DNA of 64,000 nt. It comes from Alphaproteobacteria bacterium (GTDB lineage Bacteria > Pseudomonadota > Alphaproteobacteria > RF32 > CAG-239). The notes below the pieces were generated by a model. The model ran no database searches. It had not been told where the DNA came from and was given only the letters and a program-made list of their open reading frames with translations. Numbering within the stretch: the stretch's first letter is position 1; the number at the start of each line of letters is the position of its first letter. Where the stretch lies: positions 874 to 64,873 of the forward strand of contig JAGCXO010000018.1 of assembly GCA_017961285.1 (NCBI GenBank), given 5' to 3'. Both the position numbers and the translations under genes were made by a program. Of the stretch, positions 59,660 to 64,000 are shown in pieces.

Positions 59660-60304
59660 CTATTGAATTTTGGTGATATAAACCAAACAATAATTTCCGT
59701 TACCGCTGCACATCCCATTATCTTTACCAAAATCTCTATTATTACCGATTATATATTCCGGAAGAGAATAATATGGTCTTGTGCCTTGAGAAACCACGCC
59801 TTTGCGAGTATTAAAAGTGTTATACTCATCATTTTCACCCATATAAGGATTATCAGCCCTATCAACCGAATAGCCGAGTCCGTCAACATAACCCAGCTTG
59901 TCTCTCATAGAATCCAAAATTTCGGCTCTCGGCAAACCGGTGCGATTATCCTGCCATTTTCTGGCAATCGGGCCATAGGTGATGATATAATTAAAATCGT
60001 TACCCTTACACTCTGGAACAGAGGAATATCCGTCTTCATCGAGACAATAAAGATAAGAAGAAAAATTTCCCCGATTAAAACCAAACGGGAGATATGTTTC
60101 TTCAAGCTTGTTATAATCAACCTCGCCATCTATCATATCGTTATAAGTAAAATATTTCATAACTGCGCGGTGCAGAACATACAGCTGCGTAACCTCGGCT
60201 TCGGCCTGTCTATCAAGATACAATTCCTTAATATCAGGACGTAGCGAACTGCTCAACGCCGCCAGCGCAGAAAGGAAAATTGCTATTACAACCCATAAAT
60301 ACAT
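59660..60304 (-). CDS. 214-aa membrane-anchored protein, first gene of the pilin-like operon
   Basis: aggag SD. N-terminal hydrophobic helix MYLWVVIAIFLSALAAL, then a pilin-like helix AEAEVTQLYVLHRAVMKY, but no Gly/Glu+5 processing site. Four Cys in the globular part. Confidence 0.5.
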   Translation of the reverse strand: MYLWVVIAIFLSALAALSSSLRPDIKELYLDRQAEAEVTQLYVLHRAVMKYFTYNDMIDGEVDYNKLEETYLPFGFNRGNFSSYLYCLDEDGYSSVPECKGNDFNYIITYGPIARKWQDNRTGLPRAEILDSMRDKLGYVDGLGYSVDRADNPYMGENDEYNTFNTRKGVVSQGTRPYYSLPEYIIGNNRDFGKDNGMCSGNGNYCLVYITKIQ

Positions 60305-60387
60305 ACGATACTCCTACACTAAAACATATTGTCAGAATACCACAAAACTATAATAAATAAAAGTGTATAATGAGCCTAAAACCAAAA

Positions 60388-60427
60388 ATTAATATTTCTG
60401 TAACATTTCATTAATATTTTTGTAACA
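60388..60427. promoter_or_regulatory. Two 18-nt direct repeats ATTAATATTTYTGTAACA spaced 22 bp apart, upstream of the pilin-like operon
   Basis: 60388-60405 and 60410-60427 are identical at 17 of 18 positions. A third partial copy (ctgtaat) lies at about 60445. They sit 84-123 nt upstream of the 60304 start. Confidence 0.35.
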
Positions 60428-60462
60428 AACCTTTTTCGAAAATCTGTAATTTTTAAAACATT

Positions 60463-60789
60463 GTCATCCCTCCAAACCATCACAAAAAAAACCTGTCATC
60501 CCTCCAAACCGTCATAAAAAAAACCTGTCATCCCTCGATTTTGCTTGCAAAAACAGTATCAAAGTCATCCCTATTTTTTCGCCCTGCGAAAAAATTCAAG
60601 GGATCTACGAATTTATTCAACTGTCATCCCTCGATTTTGCTTGCAAAATCGTCAAGGGATCTACCGATTAGTTTTTTCATCGTCATCCCTTGCTCGGCGC
60701 CCAAGCGTCCGTGTATCAAGGGATCCAAACTTCAGTGCTTTAGCACTGCTTCCTTATATAAAAACTCAAAGCCCCCTTGCCCCAAAAAT
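60463..60789. repeat. Right-flank array of six GTCATCCCT-initiated units, including the two-hairpin module shared with the left flank
   Basis: Unit starts at 60463, 60495, 60527, 60564, 60623 and 60682. Interiors differ but are self-complementary (cgattttgc/gcaaaatcg, attttttcg/cgaaaaaat, cggcgc/gcgtccg). Confidence 0.85.
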
Positions 60790-60845
60790 AAACAAAGGAA
60801 AACGCCCTCTCATCTCACGATGAAAGGGCGTTGTTTTTTTAGAGG

Positions 60846-61667
60846 CTAAGCCCTCATTCTATCGAGCCAAGCTTGAACCTTCTCTTCCGAGAGGTCAAAG
60901 TCTCCTTTGACTCCATTCGGAAGATAAAAGCTCTCCTCAATGTCATAGAGCCTCTTTATGTCGAGGTCTCTGATGTCATCGAGTTTTACTTGGCCCGTGA
61001 AAAGAGCCGCCTCAAGCCATCTCCGCTTGTGCACCCCAACATATTGCCCCTTTCCGAGCACCTTTACGCACTCTTCAGGGGTTTTTCCGGAATTGATAGC
61101 TTTTGCAAATGCGGATTTTGCAAATCCACCGTTTCCGGTGGAGTAAGCTATCATGCAACATGCAATGTACTGTTCCGGCGTGCGGAGTTTTATAGTATCC
61201 AAAAGCCGGTAAACTCCTTTTAAGTATTCACGCATTTCGGCTTTCGCCTCATCGCGTGAAATCCTTGTGCCGGGGGTTACTTTGTGCCCGCGGACACGGC
61301 TTTGACCGTATCCGACGAGCCAATTTCCGCATTTATAGGCTTCGCCCTTAAAGGACTCAACGCTACAAATGCAGTCAACGATATCATCTTCATCTGCAAA
61401 GCAGATGGAAACGATATCAGATTTTACCACTTTCGTGGTAACTGTCGTGGTAGCGGTCGTTGCCGGTGCCGTCGCTGTTGCAGAAGCTTCGGCCTTAGCA
61501 GGCGAAACTACCACCGTTGCCGTCGCAGAAGCTGCGGTCGGTGTTGTAACCACTGCGGTCAGCTCCGTCGCTGTTTCCCCGTTTTTTTCTTGCGCAGGAG
61601 AGGATAAAATCCCACGGCAACAGTATATCACTGTGATAACTGCTGCAATGAAAAAAAGCTTTTTCAT
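60846..61667 (-). CDS. Secreted GH24 (phage-type) lysozyme-like protein with a Thr/Ala-rich linker
   Basis: N-terminal signal or anchor. Low-complexity region TAVVTTPTAASATATVV..ATTATTTVTT. Lysozyme core VESFKGEAYKCGNWLVGYGQS..G..ISRDEAKAEMREYL. Confidence 0.7.
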   Translation of the reverse strand: MKKLFFIAAVITVIYCCRGILSSPAQEKNGETATELTAVVTTPTAASATATVVVSPAKAEASATATAPATTATTTVTTKVVKSDIVSICFADEDDIVDCICSVESFKGEAYKCGNWLVGYGQSRVRGHKVTPGTRISRDEAKAEMREYLKGVYRLLDTIKLRTPEQYIACCMIAYSTGNGGFAKSAFAKAINSGKTPEECVKVLGKGQYVGVHKRRWLEAALFTGQVKLDDIRDLDIKRLYDIEESFYLPNGVKGDFDLSEEKVQAWLDRMRA

Positions 61668-61856
61668 ATTAATAATTTATATTTAATTCGTTGAGGATTG
61701 CATTATACCACTTTTTAGCCCCCATGTCAAGGAGTCGTCATCATAACAATTAGTTGAAATTATGTCATTTTATCATTTATTCACAACTAAAAATATTTTT
61801 TAATTGTTTTTTAAACTAAATGTTTTAATATGCCCTCTTATAATGAGAGGAAAACC

Positions 61857-62741
61857 ATGATAAACAAGCGATATATGCAAGACCTAAACGCCATGATGTT
61901 GCTTTTGGCCGTTGACAAATATCAAAGCAAACGCAAAGTTGCCGAATATACCAACACCTCCATTGACACGGTCAACAAATATCTTCGCAATTTGGAACAC
62001 AATCTCGGTTCTCAACTCTTGATAAACAACACCACCGGTTGCCACCTCACCAAACGCGGCCGCCAAATTGTCGAAAAACTGTATGACGTTGCCGACATTT
62101 TAGAACAAATTTACACCCAACGCGTTGAAAACAACAAATTTAAGGGCAACGTATCCATAGCCATTCCAAGTTTTGCCTATGCGCTTTTTCACACCGGCTC
62201 AGAACTCGATTTTTGGGAAAAATATCCCGAAATAAAAATAACTGTGCTCACCAATCTATCCTCAGCCAACAACAGCGATATCGCCGCAGATTTGCTCTTG
62301 TCTTTCAGCTTTGAGGGCAAGTGGAGCCAAAACTATTCCCTGCTTTCCAAAAAAGAAATGAAAATGAATATGTTTGCCTCCCCAAAATATGTCAAAAAAT
62401 ACGGATTACCGCAAAACACATCCGATTTATTAAAAAATCACCATCTTATTGATTATGAAGAAAGTTCCTGTCTGCCGCCGGAATGGAAAAATTTGGCCAA
62501 TCAGGCAAAGCACTGCGTTTTTGTTTCAAACTCTATGTATGCGGTTAGAAAAGCCGTAGAAAACGGCTGGGGAATTGGCTTTTTGCCCAACGACGAAGAT
62601 ACAGGACTTATATCTCTCGACAATTTCAACTTTGACAGCAAAATAACTTTCTATCTCTTGGTTAATGAAAAAGCCAAAAATATGCCCAGAGTCAAAGCCG
62701 CCGCAACTTATTATAAAAACTATCTTGAAATGTTGGCTTGA
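61857..62741 (+). CDS. LysR-family transcriptional regulator
   Basis: Start at MINKRYM after a gagagg SD. N-terminal wHTH (LLLAVDKYQSKRKVAEYTNTSIDTVNKYLRNLE) and a C-terminal substrate-binding-like domain. Confidence 0.7.
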   Translation: MINKRYMQDLNAMMLLLAVDKYQSKRKVAEYTNTSIDTVNKYLRNLEHNLGSQLLINNTTGCHLTKRGRQIVEKLYDVADILEQIYTQRVENNKFKGNVSIAIPSFAYALFHTGSELDFWEKYPEIKITVLTNLSSANNSDIAADLLLSFSFEGKWSQNYSLLSKKEMKMNMFASPKYVKKYGLPQNTSDLLKNHHLIDYEESSCLPPEWKNLANQAKHCVFVSNSMYAVRKAVENGWGIGFLPNDEDTGLISLDNFNFDSKITFYLLVNEKAKNMPRVKAAATYYKNYLEMLA

Positions 62742-62810
62742 TATTTACTAAAAAACACTTGCATATTTAAGCATTTAATTTTAATAGATGTATTCATCAG
62801 ATATATCTGC

Positions 62811-62901
62811 GGATGAGTGGCGGAGTGGCTGAACGCGCGCGATTCGAAATCGTGTTTACGGTAACACCGTAACGGGGGTTCAAATCCCTCCTCATCCGCC
62901 A
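62811..62901 (+). tRNA. tRNA-Ser (anticodon CGA)
   Basis: GGATGAG acceptor stem, anticodon loop TTCGAAA, a long variable arm (TTTACGGTAACACCGTAAC), TTCAAAT T-loop and an encoded CCA. Confidence 0.9.
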
Positions 62902-62940
62902 TCTTCCACACTCCGCATTTGTGCGGTTTTTTCTATAAAA

Positions 62941-64000
62941 CTATTTCTCTTCTTTCAGCATTTTTGCAACAGTAATATAGTCAAATTTTCCACTACCCAA
63001 AACCGGAATATCCTTAATAAACACAATCTTCTTCGGCATCCACAATTCGCTCAACCCCTTTTGTTTGCAGTGTTTCTTAATATCCTCAAGCTTAGCATCG
63101 GGATTATTACATACCAGCACCAATTGCTCGCCTTTTTTCTCATCAAACAACGCCAAAACTCCAAGCAAAGTTTGCGGATAAATTTCCGCCACCGTTTGCT
63201 CAACCGCCGTCAGCGAAACCATTTCTCCGCCGACTTTTGCAAACCTCTTGGCTCTGCCCTGAATAGTAACAAATCCCTCACTATCAACTGTTACAATATC
63301 GCCTGTATCATACCAACCGTCAGACAAAGGCTGTAAAACTCCGGCTTTCTCTGCTGTCATATAACCCTGCATAATATTATCTCCCTTCACCGACAATCGT
63401 CCGCCTTCATCGATTCCCTCAACCGGCACAAGCTTATATTTTATGTCCGGCAAAAGCCTGCCGACAGTTCCTTCTTTATAATGCATCGGTGTATTAATAC
63501 TCAAAACCGGAGCAGTTTCTGTTGCTCCATATCCTTCCAAAATTCTTACCCCGAATTTTTTCATCCAAAGATCTGCCGTCGACAACTTAAGTTTTTCGCC
63601 GCCGATAACCGCATATTTAAGCGCAAAAAAGTCATATGGATTCGCCATCTTTCCATATCCGGCAAAAAACGTATCTGTGCCAAAAATCACCGTCGCCGCC
63701 GTATCATAACAAAGCTCCGGCACAATTCGATAATGTAAAGGCGAAGGATATAAAAACACCTTAACTCCGAACAACAAGGGCAACAAAGTTCCAACACTCA
63801 AACCGAAAGAGTGAAACATCGGCAAGGCATTAAAAACAACATCACTCGCCCCAAAAGGTATTACACTTGCAATTTGGTATCGATTCGCCTGCAAATTGCG
63901 ATGCGACAACAACACCGCTTTCGGTGTTCCTTCCGAACCGGAGGTAAAAAGCACGACTGCAGTTTTATCAGCTTTTTTCTGCGGCATTTTTTTGAGATAA
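62941..64000 (-). CDS. Second Aas-like acyl-ACP synthetase / AMP-binding protein (5' end beyond the window)
   Basis: VLFTSGSEGTPKAV, YGATE, TGD..GRAKRF. The frame stays open to the window edge. Clear paralog of the ORF at 45-2231. Confidence 0.8.
   Translation of the reverse strand, partial: YLKKMPQKKADKTAVVLFTSGSEGTPKAVLLSHRNLQANRYQIASVIPFGASDVVFNALPMFHSFGLSVGTLLPLLFGVKVFLYPSPLHYRIVPELCYDTAATVIFGTDTFFAGYGKMANPYDFFALKYAVIGGEKLKLSTADLWMKKFGVRILEGYGATETAPVLSINTPMHYKEGTVGRLLPDIKYKLVPVEGIDEGGRLSVKGDNIMQGYMTAEKAGVLQPLSDGWYDTGDIVTVDSEGFVTIQGRAKRFAKVGGEMVSLTAVEQTVAEIYPQTLLGVLALFDEKKGEQLVLVCNNPDAKLEDIKKHCKQKGLSELWMPKKIVFIKDIPVLGSGKFDYITVAKMLKEEK

Noticed and set aside
56053-60244. Long plus-strand ORFs (56053-57195, 380 aa; 59246-60244, 332 aa) opposite the pilin-like genes, plus a short inverted similarity (attact..cccctgc at about 58093 and the reverse complement at about 56620). 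Together these could have indicated a shufflon-style invertible segment with alternative C-termini.
   Set aside because: The antisense translations are Ile/Arg/Ser/Cys-rich low-complexity strings, typical of the mirror frame of a real gene. The inverted match is only about 13 nt with a gap. No Rci-type recombinase or sfx-like 19-bp repeats are visible.
60463-60720. A regularly spaced GTCATCCCT array (32, 32, 37, 59 and 59 nt spacing) that looks superficially like a CRISPR array.
   Set aside because: The conserved part is only about 9-10 nt. The unit lengths are irregular. The would-be spacers are themselves palindromic and partly repeated on the other flank. No cas genes or leader are present.
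55673-60789. Clamp hairpins flanking a cassette, considered as integron attC sites.
   Set aside because: The ends do not match the RYYYAAC/GTTRRRY cores. No intI or attI is present. The enclosed unit is a three-gene operon with its own promoter region and terminator rather than a promoterless cassette.

Overview
AT-rich chromosomal segment whose gene content and order look alphaproteobacterial: rpsT-dnaA-dnaN-recF, ffs-dnaX-ybaB-recR, secB/Tim44-like/mltA/smr, a CcrM-like methylase, carD, and EIIA-Man plus an HPr/NPr-like protein. All family calls come from motifs read by eye in the supplied translations, because no database search was possible. About 85% of the window is housekeeping. This covers cell-wall elongation (mreCD-mrdA-rodA, mltG, mltA, anmK, an LpoA-like lipoprotein), replication and repair (dnaA, dnaN, recF, dnaX, recR, polA, gyrB, mutM), translation (ileS, tyrS, rpoA, rpsK, rpsM, secY, adk, rpmG, rpsT), lipid genes (fabF, acpP, two Aas-like paralogs at the two window edges), two tRNAs and an SRP RNA. 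The strongest candidate for something new is a ~4.75 kb locus between secB and tRNA-Ser (56026-60304, minus strand). It encodes a 529-aa protein with a prepilin-type N-terminus and blocks that recall the PilV (Shufflon_N) constant region. A 681-aa ORF with no recognisable domain follows it, and a 214-aa membrane-anchored protein precedes it. No pilus machinery is present anywhere in the 64 kb. The two large ORFs meet exactly at a G6 tract, where loss of one base would fuse them into a protein of about 1,200 aa. The locus is bracketed by ~165 bp direct-repeat modules built from hairpins with a conserved GTCATCCCT...AGGGATC clamp and compensatory stem changes. Other items worth a second look are listed below.
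- A strongly SD-led 37-codon Cys/Gly micro-ORF (core GCGCGGCGCGG).
- A possible R-S-E ADP-ribosyltransferase-like gene sitting where rplQ normally follows rpoA.
- An A10 run in dnaX at the tau/gamma position, with a stop two codons into the -1 frame.
- A duplication of the tRNA-Arg 3' end next to a membrane-anchored Mrr-like nuclease.
- A fused phosphatase-kinase partner-switching pair.
- A small operon of unknown genes with a paralog 3 kb away.
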